From: an uncultured Candidatus Poseidoniales archaeon
Lineage (GTDB): Archaea; Thermoplasmatota; Poseidoniia; Poseidoniales; Thalassarchaeaceae
Direction: 5' to 3'
Assembly (NCBI GenBank): GCA_964013425.1
Contig: CAXGWC010000004.1
Coordinates: forward strand, 18,731-82,730
DNA length: 64,000 bases
Shown: positions 52,428 to 61,054 of the stretch, piece after piece
How positions within the stretch are numbered: position 1 is the first letter of the stretch
Layout of the letters: every line of letters starts with the position of its first letter
The notes under the pieces: generated by a model
What the model was told of the DNA's origin: nothing
What the model saw: the letters and a program-made list of their open reading frames with translations, nothing else
Database searches by the model: none
Made by a program: the position numbers and the translations under genes

Positions 52428-54602
52428 CTATTCTACCTCCACGTATTTGGACTTCAGACCGAATGGTCTGAATTCCTCGCCACTTGAATCATAATACTGC
52501 CTCATCCACTCTACGAAGTGAAGTCTGGCGGCGTGGATATTTGGACTGAAAACGCCTAAGCCCCATGCAAAGGCTTGTACGGCCAACCAGCCAAGTAGTA
52601 GTAAAGGAATAGAAACAAAATCCATGGTGGATGCGTGGGCCATGTCCTCCAAGATATGTGCGAGAGGCTCGAATAGCTTCTCATTGCCTGTCTCAGCTAT
52701 CTTGACACCCACAATACCTACTGCGAATAGCCTGACATATGAAATCACCGTGGGCATCATACCAACTGCTTCAATGGGGGCCAATCCCACGTTAATCGGG
52801 AATGGCACTCCATGGTACTTGTAGAGAGTCCACATTAGCAGCACTACCGAGACAAGCACAATTCCGGCCCCTGGGAACATAAGTGCTTCAGCCTCTTCTG
52901 CACCAAGCCAGCCCTGATTGTCACCGAGGAATCCGTATGCAAACATCCAGCCCCCGATCAGCAGGGCCATCCAAGTACCCTTCTCAAAGAATGCACAAAC
53001 GAGCCCTACCCCCCCGTGCCCGTTGCCGTACAGGAGGATATCCCTGAATCCGATGGCCAATCCCATTAGAATGTGGATGAATCCGACGTAAATGGTCAGG
53101 ACTATCAGATCCTCTAGATGGGTCCCTACTCTATGGAAGGGGAATGAGAGTGTGATTCCGTAGCCTATATCTGCTACGGGCCCATATCCATGATCTAGAT
53201 TTAATGGATAGAGACTTGCAAGGAATGCGACAGGAGAGAGATTTTCACTATACATATAATGCCCGGACGAGTCCTTCATGTAGCTTCCATCGGCATAGGT
53301 TAGCTTATCATAAAGGAAAATCTCCCATCCAGCAAACTCTGCATAAATGTAGCCGAAAATTAGAGTTCCTAATCCGATATATGTCAGGAACTTCCCCCCG
53401 AGCATCAGCATGTCATTGGTGCCAGAGTTCCTGATGACCATCCAGCCGACGCCCATGGTGATGAGGCCATATGCCATGTCACCGAGCATCATCCCGAAGA
53501 ACAATGGATAAGTGAACATCATGAAAATGGTAGGGTCGATTCTTCCATAGGCAGGCCTTCCGACAGCATCGGTAAGCAGTTCCATCGGTTTGCTTGTGCT
53601 CCTATCCTGATACGCTATGGGTGGCATCTCCTGATGGTGGTGGTGGTCAGAATGACCGTGTCCACCTCCTCCGGCCACTAGCTCAAATTGATTTGCTTCT
53701 GTGTGAAGGCAGAATGGCTTGAGAGCATCCATGACTTCTTCTGCCCTGTTCATTACCAGCCAGCCATCTATGACGAAGGCGTGATCAGATACCGCGACCC
53801 TAGTGGGCGCAGTCAGCACGTCATGGTCCCTCTCAAGAACTTCTAGACCGCAAGCGAGTGCTTCCCCGTTTTCACTGACCCACTCTTGGACCTGTTCAGA
53901 CAGGGATTCCCTCTCATTTACCAAGTCATTCTTCAGCTTCATGGCCTCTGATAGACGCTCGTTAGGCGACCCCTTTCCCGAGGGGAGGGGAATTGTTTCA
54001 AAGCCTGCTGATTCCAGAGCTTTGGAGACTTCCGCAGAGCTATCATTTCTAGTGAAGACGGCGACTAAATTGTTTTTGCCGCTTTTTGAATTGAAAACCA
54101 TCGGCGGTTCTTCGAGATTAGAAAATTGAGGAGTGTCCGTGACTGTTCCGACGAAGGATGCTAGAGAATCATAACCACTCAGAAGCTCTATGTCCAATCC
54201 TAACGACGCAACCATCTCGAGTGAGCCTTCCTCCTCGCTCATCGATGAAATCTCATTATCGAGTTCATCGATCCTGGATTGGGCCTGCAATAACTCGTCA
54301 ATCTTGTTCGGGAGTTCTTTGGACAGGCTATCTCTGACTGGGCCTGTGGGTACTGCGCTTTCTGGACCGCTGAAATCGATAATTGAGGCTGCTGACCTAG
54401 CCTTGACCAATGCCCTACCAATCTCCTCGGAGCTTGGCTCTGGAGTGCCTAGTGAGAATCCGTCTTCGCTACCATCGTAGTCTAAGATATGCAGAGCGTT
54501 GAGTTTAGCCAGGGCCCCTATTGCGCCACTGAGGTTATCTTTGGTGCCCGCGGCTACAAACCTCCCCATTTGCTGGGTGTTAACCTGTGACATTCGAAGC
54601 AC
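52428..54602 (-). CDS. atpI: A-type ATP synthase subunit I (stator a subunit)
   Basis: 724 aa. It has an N-terminal soluble domain and a C-terminal polytopic domain with ISYVRLFAVG, which holds the conserved Arg. Confidence 0.92.
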   Translation of the reverse strand: MLRMSQVNTQQMGRFVAAGTKDNLSGAIGALAKLNALHILDYDGSEDGFSLGTPEPSSEEIGRALVKARSAASIIDFSGPESAVPTGPVRDSLSKELPNKIDELLQAQSRIDELDNEISSMSEEEGSLEMVASLGLDIELLSGYDSLASFVGTVTDTPQFSNLEEPPMVFNSKSGKNNLVAVFTRNDSSAEVSKALESAGFETIPLPSGKGSPNERLSEAMKLKNDLVNERESLSEQVQEWVSENGEALACGLEVLERDHDVLTAPTRVAVSDHAFVIDGWLVMNRAEEVMDALKPFCLHTEANQFELVAGGGGHGHSDHHHHQEMPPIAYQDRSTSKPMELLTDAVGRPAYGRIDPTIFMMFTYPLFFGMMLGDMAYGLITMGVGWMVIRNSGTNDMLMLGGKFLTYIGLGTLIFGYIYAEFAGWEIFLYDKLTYADGSYMKDSSGHYMYSENLSPVAFLASLYPLNLDHGYGPVADIGYGITLSFPFHRVGTHLEDLIVLTIYVGFIHILMGLAIGFRDILLYGNGHGGVGLVCAFFEKGTWMALLIGGWMFAYGFLGDNQGWLGAEEAEALMFPGAGIVLVSVVLLMWTLYKYHGVPFPINVGLAPIEAVGMMPTVISYVRLFAVGIVGVKIAETGNEKLFEPLAHILEDMAHASTMDFVSIPLLLLGWLAVQAFAWGLGVFSPNIHAARLHFVEWMRQYYDSSGEEFRPFGLKSKYVEVE

Positions 54603-54612
54603 TCTCCGGAAA

Positions 54613-54939
54613 TTAATTTGCCCTGAATGAGTCCAGCACTATCTGAACAGCCTTTTCTCTGTTTCCGTCGCTCCCCTTGTGAATGGAATCGATTGACGAG
54701 TCCCCGTCTTTGGAGACTTTCTTGGCTTCCTTTTCTGCAACGCCCCTTGCCTCGGAAATCATTCCCTGGCTACTTGACTCTGAATCTGATCTGCCTGATT
54801 GGATTATCTCTGTTGCTGATAGTCTGGCCTTCGTTATGATATCGGAAGCCTCGGACTCCGCATCGGATATTATTTCCCTTGCCTTGTTCTCAGCATTCCT
54901 GATTGCCTTGAGGACTGTTTCTCGGCCCATTTTGTACAC
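54613..54939 (-). CDS. atpH: A-type ATP synthase subunit H
   Basis: 108 aa and helical (VLKAIRNAENKAREIISDAESEA). First gene of the operon. Confidence 0.8.
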   Translation of the reverse strand: MYKMGRETVLKAIRNAENKAREIISDAESEASDIITKARLSATEIIQSGRSDSESSSQGMISEARGVAEKEAKKVSKDGDSSIDSIHKGSDGNREKAVQIVLDSFRAN

Positions 54940-55019
54940 CTTCGGTGTCCGCGACCTATGCCGAGTTTATGATGATAACCTAGAGAGTTCCACACAATTA
55001 CAATTGAGAACGAGAGGTC

Positions 55020-55778
55020 TTGGGCGGGAACTATCCAAATATATGGCATACAGGCGAGAGTCTCGTGGACACTGAGACCATCGGCAGGGAAGACTGGGAG
55101 GAGCTCCAGAGAAATCTTGAGGCTACCATTCCGGTATACGATAGAGTGAACAGAGTGGCTACTTTTGGACAAGTCTCTAGATGGAGGAGAATGGTCAGGA
55201 ATAGGCTCCCCAAAGAAGGACGGATTCTTGAGATCGGATGCGGCCCTGGTAGCTTCGCAGAGGATGTATTGGGATACGATTTAGTATGCCTTGATCCAAT
55301 TCCAGAGATGCTCAGAGTCGCGGAGGAAAGGGTTAATTCAGCACGTACTGGAAGGGGTGATTCTCCAGCTACATTTGTCCATGGAAAAGCAGAGGATTTG
55401 CCATTTGAGGACTCTACATTTGATGCGGTTTGTACCTTGTTCTCATTCAGAGACTGGTATGATAAAAGAGCAGGGATTTCTGAGGCACTTAGGGTCCTCA
55501 AGCCAGGAGGCGTGTTTGTAATAGTTGATCCAGCAAAAATAAATCGGTTACATGGCTTCCTCGGGTGGCTGTGGATGAGGACTTATGTGAGCCTCTATGC
55601 CAGAATGCTGTACAGGTCTGAGACTCACCCCTGGAAGTGGCTCACGAAAACCTACGTTAGTTTTGGAACTACCAAGGATTATGTCAGGATGATTAGGGAG
55701 CAGGGTTTCAGCGAAGTCGAAGCTAAGGTGGTCTTCCCGGGGATGGCCACCATCTGGCAAGGTAGAAAGTCGGATTAG
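55020..55778 (+). CDS. UbiE/MenG-like class I SAM-dependent methyltransferase
   Basis: VYDRVNRVATFGQVSRWRRMV parallels the UbiE YDLMNDLMSFGIHRLWKR as I recall it. SAM motif ILEIGCGPGSF; also LKPGGVFVIVD. The start is uncertain: TTG 55020 or GTG 55065. Confidence 0.78.
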   Translation: MGGNYPNIWHTGESLVDTETIGREDWEELQRNLEATIPVYDRVNRVATFGQVSRWRRMVRNRLPKEGRILEIGCGPGSFAEDVLGYDLVCLDPIPEMLRVAEERVNSARTGRGDSPATFVHGKAEDLPFEDSTFDAVCTLFSFRDWYDKRAGISEALRVLKPGGVFVIVDPAKINRLHGFLGWLWMRTYVSLYARMLYRSETHPWKWLTKTYVSFGTTKDYVRMIREQGFSEVEAKVVFPGMATIWQGRKSD

Positions 55779-56878
55779 AAGATGAAGAATGGCTTTCGGC
55801 AGGTGACGAATCTCCATACGAATGGCTTGGTAATTGGATTGAATGCTAGATTAAGAACCCAGTCTGGAAGTCTCATTATCCAGCTACCTATCTTGAATGA
55901 TAATTTCGAGTTTCTCATTACTGGCCCCATCTGCCTTTTCCACTCGGTCTCATATTCATGCAGAGAAGTGCCTTCGTCTAGGTGCGATACGATGGTCTGT
56001 CCTGCTATTCTGCCCCCGACCATTGCTATCGTTATTCCTGCACCATTTGAAGGGAGGACCATTCCAGCGGAATCGCCAACAAGGACATGGTTGTCCTTGA
56101 CGAATTGATTGATTGATCCGGACATCGGAAGGGAACCAGCCCCTCTGAAGGTGATATCTCCTTCATAGTTGGAGATGAAACCCTCAGCTAGAGAATTTAG
56201 GCTTCTACCCTTCGAGAACTTATTCTGGATCCCAAGTCCAATGTTTGCCCCTCGTTCCTTGGGAAAAACCCATGCATAGCCTCCAGGAGCCATTGAGCCG
56301 AAGTGTAATTCAACTGCATCTCCAAATTCACCTTCCATAAGTACAAATTTTATTGGTATCTTCAGAGAAGATTCAGACCATCTAGCCCTCCTAAGAGGAT
56401 CGTTGTGACCTCCTGCGCCCACGATAATTTTCCCATGGAAGTTTCGTCCGTCCCTGAGTGTTACTGTCTCTCCTTTTACAGATTCTACCCTTGCTCCGGT
56501 GAGATATTTAGCGCCCTTGGAAGACGCAAGATCGACCAGCCATTCATCGTGGAGGACCCTATTCAGCATCAAACCTTCGAATGCATATCTCAATGGTCTT
56601 CCTGAGGGGGGCACTATGTGCATTTCTGAAGTCCTTCTGGATATTGCCTCCTCTGGGGTCTGCAAGAGATCATCAATATCTGGGACGCCGGGGCACAATC
56701 TCCTCATTTCATCATTAGTCGGTACTAGCTCCCCACACTGAAGTGGGGATCCTATAGAATCTCTGCCATCCAGAACCAGAACTCTCTTGCCCCCCTCGGC
56801 GATGTAGCGAGCTGTTGTTGAGCCGGCTGGCCCTCCTCCGATTACTATGGCATCCCAGATTTCAGATTCTTCACTCAT
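55775..56878 (-). CDS. Geranylgeranyl reductase family flavoprotein (digeranylgeranylglycerophospholipid reductase-like)
   Basis: WDAIVIGGGPAGSTTARYIAEGGKRVLVLD (FAD), LVGDSAGMVLPSNGAGI, and the genomic context next to GGPP synthase. Confidence 0.85.
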   Translation of the reverse strand: MSEESEIWDAIVIGGGPAGSTTARYIAEGGKRVLVLDGRDSIGSPLQCGELVPTNDEMRRLCPGVPDIDDLLQTPEEAISRRTSEMHIVPPSGRPLRYAFEGLMLNRVLHDEWLVDLASSKGAKYLTGARVESVKGETVTLRDGRNFHGKIIVGAGGHNDPLRRARWSESSLKIPIKFVLMEGEFGDAVELHFGSMAPGGYAWVFPKERGANIGLGIQNKFSKGRSLNSLAEGFISNYEGDITFRGAGSLPMSGSINQFVKDNHVLVGDSAGMVLPSNGAGITIAMVGGRIAGQTIVSHLDEGTSLHEYETEWKRQMGPVMRNSKLSFKIGSWIMRLPDWVLNLAFNPITKPFVWRFVTCRKPFFIF

Positions 56879-56890
56879 GATGGCCTCGGA

Positions 56891-57883
56891 TTAAACTCTC
56901 CTGTTTCTGGATATTAAGGCCACCTCTAGCATTAGATCCTTAGCATCTGATGGAGGGAGTTTTGAAAGAATATCCAAGGCGCGATCGACATGATTCTGAA
57001 TCAGTTGCCTTGTGTATGAGAAGGACCCAGACAGTTCCAGAAGCGAGGTAAGTTCATTCCATCTGTCATCACTGAAGTTGTTTAAGACGTCTGCTAGGTG
57101 CTCTCTCTCGGAGCCATGTAGTATGGTCAGAGCATGAATTAATGGAAGAGTCATTTTACCCTCATGAACATCTGTACCTCTCGGCTTGCCCATTTCAGGG
57201 TCCCCGGTTAAGTCTAGTAAATCGTCCACGAGTTGAAATGCCCTACCGAATTCAGTTCCAAATTCGTACATCATCTCCGAAACCTCCTCCGAGGCCCCGG
57301 CCACCAGTGCGGCCGCCGCAGTACCTGTGGCGAATGGGCCTACTGTCTTACCGTCAATTATCGAATAGTAGTCTTCGGGAGTAGTTGTGAGATCACCTAT
57401 GTGATTGAATTGTTGGAGCTCTCCTCTGGCAATGTTTGTGCATGAGCTGGCAATCATGTCCACTATATCCAAATCATAGCGACCCCCTTTAGAAAATCCC
57501 AGTGCAAAGAGATAGTCACCGGCAATTATTGCATGAGCTAAACCGTGTGAAGAGTGTATTGTGGGCCTACCTCTTCTGAATCGTGCCTGATCATATATGT
57601 CATCGTGAATGAGCGTAGCGGTATGAATCAGCTCTGATGAGAGTGCTAGGTCCATTACCTCACGAATATCCCGTCCACCAGTAGCTTCGTATGTCAGAAT
57701 GGCCAAAAGAGGTCTGAGCCTCTTACCTCCGGCGAGTAGAACATCTCTAGCTAAATCCATTGCTGGAGCCCCCTTGGAGGAGATAGCCTCTTGCACCAGG
57801 CCCTCCAGCTCTTCCTCAAACACGTTCAAACGCTTTTGGATACCGCGCTTTAGTGACAGCTTCGATACCATGACTCTCAGCAT
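56891..57883 (-). CDS. Polyprenyl (geranylgeranyl) diphosphate synthase
   Basis: First Asp-rich motif LIHDDIYDQARFRRG, second FQLVDDLLD, and GKRLRPLL. Confidence 0.9.
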   Translation of the reverse strand: MLRVMVSKLSLKRGIQKRLNVFEEELEGLVQEAISSKGAPAMDLARDVLLAGGKRLRPLLAILTYEATGGRDIREVMDLALSSELIHTATLIHDDIYDQARFRRGRPTIHSSHGLAHAIIAGDYLFALGFSKGGRYDLDIVDMIASSCTNIARGELQQFNHIGDLTTTPEDYYSIIDGKTVGPFATGTAAAALVAGASEEVSEMMYEFGTEFGRAFQLVDDLLDLTGDPEMGKPRGTDVHEGKMTLPLIHALTILHGSEREHLADVLNNFSDDRWNELTSLLELSGSFSYTRQLIQNHVDRALDILSKLPPSDAKDLMLEVALISRNRRV

Positions 57884-57927
57884 CTAGGGATAGGGTCGCA
57901 TATATCAACAAGTGTGCGTGCGCTTGG

Positions 57928-59037
57928 TTGGGCACAGTGCGTGCTCCCTCCCTTGAGGTGGATGCAATGGATGAACGGCTTACTGTAGCGACACTAGACT
58001 CTCCGAGTTGCCCAGTAGGGGAAAGGATAGGCTCAATCATAGGTTCTGGGAACTCGTCTGGACTTGATATTCTGAGTATTTCTACAAATAGTCTGACCGA
58101 TGGACTCGGGCTACTAGAATCTGGAGATGCCGATATACTGGCTCTACCCGGAGGACTGGTTCATGGCAATATGATGGAAATACTTCAGTCAGGGTGCAAT
58201 GTAGTCGGTGCTAGAACTCCCGTAAGGCCTTACCCGGTCCTGGTTTCAGATAATAAAATTCAATACCAACCAAAATCTGCAATATTACTTTGCGATAATA
58301 AGCTGAACAGAAGGCAAGTGAGGAGGTCAAGAGGCGGGCTTAGGGTACTTGACCCAGATGCATTTGCTTCAATCTTAGGTATAGAAGCGGGACCATCTGA
58401 TCCACTCATGAAAGCGAAGTGGATGGAGGATCTAAGGCGTGCTGGAGAGATAGATGGATTTGTAATTCCAAGGGGGGTTTACGAGGGTGCAAATCTGGTA
58501 AGTCGGAGGCACTCCCTACTTCCAGACGGGATGAACGAGGGAGATCCAGTCTTTCTCCCGCCTGCATACTCGGATCTAATCGTATTACTGGCCAGAAATC
58601 GATTTCCGAAAAGTATCTCCAAGGAGATTTCTGAAAGGGAAGGTGAGACCTGTTGGTGGGTTCAGAATTCTATGCTTGGTTCGTTGGACCCAGAAATGCT
58701 TGAGAAAATAGGAGTGTTGGTCAGGCATCGCCAGGTTAGGTCTCTGATTAAGCAGGCGGAGGCCACTCGTGACCTGACTCTTGAGCAGGTATGCTTGGAT
58801 CCTGATGGCGAAGTCATAGAGGACGAGGTTCATGTTGAGATAAGATTGGAGTTTGTGTCCAAGGGTGGGGCCAGGACAATTGGCCTGCACAGAGTCATCA
58901 GGCATTCCGATTACGAGAGAGCCACAATAGCTTCCCTTAGGGACTGGGAAACTATGATCAAGGAAGTTTCCAGAGATGTACCCAAAGACTTCCACACTGA
59001 TCCAGAGAGTCCTCCATTCATTTCTTTGGATGAATAG
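57928..59037 (+). CDS. Hypothetical protein with a weak resemblance to a porphobilinogen-deaminase-like (type 2 PBP) fold
   Basis: 369-aa ORF. LLESGDADILALPGG, GARTPVRPYPVLVS and GEIDGFVIPRGV loosely parallel the HemC blocks as I recall them (LLENRADIAVHSMKDVP, EREDPRDAFVS, GEYDAIILAVAG). Catalytic or cofactor-binding residues are not conserved. Confidence 0.45.
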   Translation: MGTVRAPSLEVDAMDERLTVATLDSPSCPVGERIGSIIGSGNSSGLDILSISTNSLTDGLGLLESGDADILALPGGLVHGNMMEILQSGCNVVGARTPVRPYPVLVSDNKIQYQPKSAILLCDNKLNRRQVRRSRGGLRVLDPDAFASILGIEAGPSDPLMKAKWMEDLRRAGEIDGFVIPRGVYEGANLVSRRHSLLPDGMNEGDPVFLPPAYSDLIVLLARNRFPKSISKEISEREGETCWWVQNSMLGSLDPEMLEKIGVLVRHRQVRSLIKQAEATRDLTLEQVCLDPDGEVIEDEVHVEIRLEFVSKGGARTIGLHRVIRHSDYERATIASLRDWETMIKEVSRDVPKDFHTDPESPPFISLDE

Positions 59038-60101
59038 TGGCGTTAAATTATGCCTCACAAAATAGGTATTTCTCTTATTCAGGGCACGCAATGGATATGA
59101 CCATTGGCAGTGGCCGGCGAGATGGTGGAAGATTGAATTTCGACGCGTCATCACTTGATTCCCTTTACCGAGGGAGGCTTGTTGAGCTACGAGAGTTAGC
59201 CGAGTCGCGCAATATATCTAAGGGGGGTTCTGTAGAGGTACTTAGAGCCAGATTGATTCAGAATTTGGTATTGGAGGATCTGGATCTCTCATGGGATGGC
59301 ATTCAGACGATGAGTCACAATGAATTGGGTGGAATTCTCAAGGTATTCGGAATCAAGTCTTCTGGATCACAAAGAGAAAGGAGGCAGCGACTCTGGCTAC
59401 ATCTAAACTTCGACTCCAGGAGGATGACTATCGAAAGGCTCGCCGAGATGGATAGAGATGATCTACATGAGCTCTGTGTGAGGCTGGAGACCCCCCTCAC
59501 CGGAAATAGGACTGTTCTGATGGGAAGAGTGGCTGGGGTACTAACCAACCAGCTGAATGGCTGGGGGAGGATTAAGAAAAGTCTGAAGAGGAATGGGGTT
59601 AGTTTCTCTTTGGGTTCTGTTGAAAAAGAGGCATTGGCTAATAATGAGGAGGAGTTTGTGCCTGTAGATGCGGATTTTCATTCTGATTCGCCTATTGCAG
59701 TCATTGAGGATGCGTATGACTCGCTTATTCTCGGTTTAGATACCTTAGAGCCTGTAATACAAGAAGACCTCAGGACCGTTGCTACATTCGTAGAGGACAT
59801 TGACAGAATCATAGGCACAATCCTCAGAGGTAGCGGAGGAGCATGGGGGGAGTCTCAGAAGGAGCTTCTACTGAGACTATCTAAGAGAAGAGGGTGGCCT
59901 GTCAACGAAGAGATAGTGAGATCCAGACTAACACGTGTAGCGACAGATATCGCGGAGATAAAGGGGGCCAAGATAGGGGAGTTCGGTAAAGTGAATGGAA
60001 ATTCATTCCTGAGGGAACAAGTTTCCTCTGACGTCTCGAGGAATAGGATTAGCGAGAAATTATCAGTCGTGGACTCTATTCTTCAGGATAGTAAGAACTA
60101 G
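59037..60101 (+). CDS. Hypothetical protein with three SAP-like helix-extended loop-helix repeats
   Basis: LYRGRLVELRELAESRNISKGGSVEVLRARLIQNL is a good SAP-motif match. Two weaker repeats follow (NELGGILKVFGIKSSGSQRERRQRLWLHL and DDLHELCVRLETPLTGNRTVLMGRVAGVL). The start is GTG 59037 or ATG 59091. Confidence 0.5.
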   Translation: MALNYASQNRYFSYSGHAMDMTIGSGRRDGGRLNFDASSLDSLYRGRLVELRELAESRNISKGGSVEVLRARLIQNLVLEDLDLSWDGIQTMSHNELGGILKVFGIKSSGSQRERRQRLWLHLNFDSRRMTIERLAEMDRDDLHELCVRLETPLTGNRTVLMGRVAGVLTNQLNGWGRIKKSLKRNGVSFSLGSVEKEALANNEEEFVPVDADFHSDSPIAVIEDAYDSLILGLDTLEPVIQEDLRTVATFVEDIDRIIGTILRGSGGAWGESQKELLLRLSKRRGWPVNEEIVRSRLTRVATDIAEIKGAKIGEFGKVNGNSFLREQVSSDVSRNRISEKLSVVDSILQDSKN

Positions 60102-61054
60102 AGGACTTGGAAGAATCCAAACCTTGGCTCAATTATTGTGCCATCGACATCCCTCATGCCCTCGAGTGCATCCTCCGCTTCTTCTCTTGAGAATCCAGAT
60201 TGAACGCATGAAAGTATAATCGCGTCATACTCAGCACCCTCTCCCCCGTCTGCTGACTTTATTGCACTGATTATCGTAGAAGAAATGTCGCCTTCTGGCT
60301 CTATTGGAGCTTGGACGGTAGGCTGTTCTCGGGCCTCAGGAGTTTCATTGGTCTTGGGCGCGCTGACAGGAGAAGCTTCAGCCATACTGGATCTTCCAGA
60401 GGCTATCGATAATGCCTGCAAGACTCCTACCTTGTAGTTCTCAGAGTCAAACTCTGGATAATGAGACCTAGCCTGGACCATACCACTAACCAGATCCGCA
60501 GGAACCCCGGCTCCCTCCAGAGAGTCGGGAGAGGGCTCTACGCCGGATGAGTCATCATACGCCTTTATTCTCCTCAGAGTAGCTTCCGCTGCTTCGACTA
60601 GCCATCGTGAGTACCTCTCTTTGTCTATTATGGCGATTTGCTCGACCCTCAGGGATGTGAACACTCCTCCATCCTCGGTCTCAAACCACCTTGACTTGCC
60701 AACTAATGCCATTAGAAATCTATCTCCAGACTCAAACCTAGCAAGAAGCTCTTCAGCCTCGGCATGCATCTCATCTTGGAATGGGGCGATATTGAATACA
60801 TGGTTGCCAGTTGGATCTCTGATATGACCGGAGTAACTTGGTCCACTGTCACCGTCTCTTCTCTCCATCCTGTCTATCACGCCTGCAACTAGAGCCCTGT
60901 TTACCCTAGCTCCTAACTTAGTAACGACGAAGGAGGGGTCATATTCCCCCACCCCCATTTCAGTCAAGGAAGCGTCTGAATATTCCTGGGCCAGCATCCT
61001 GATTGCACTCTGCCTGACTCTCCTCTGTGCTTCAATCACATTGCCACCTCCCAC
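60098..61054 (-). CDS. RPA-associated OB-fold protein (COG3390 / Rpap / RPA32-like)
   Basis: RRVRQSAIRMLAQEYSDASL...YDPSFVVTKLGARVNRALVAGVI matches the COG3390 N-terminal pattern as I recall it from haloarchaeal Rpap. It overlaps the upstream RPA gene by 19 nt. Confidence 0.65.
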   Translation of the reverse strand: MGGGNVIEAQRRVRQSAIRMLAQEYSDASLTEMGVGEYDPSFVVTKLGARVNRALVAGVIDRMERRDGDSGPSYSGHIRDPTGNHVFNIAPFQDEMHAEAEELLARFESGDRFLMALVGKSRWFETEDGGVFTSLRVEQIAIIDKERYSRWLVEAAEATLRRIKAYDDSSGVEPSPDSLEGAGVPADLVSGMVQARSHYPEFDSENYKVGVLQALSIASGRSSMAEASPVSAPKTNETPEAREQPTVQAPIEPEGDISSTIISAIKSADGGEGAEYDAIILSCVQSGFSREEAEDALEGMRDVDGTIIEPRFGFFQVL

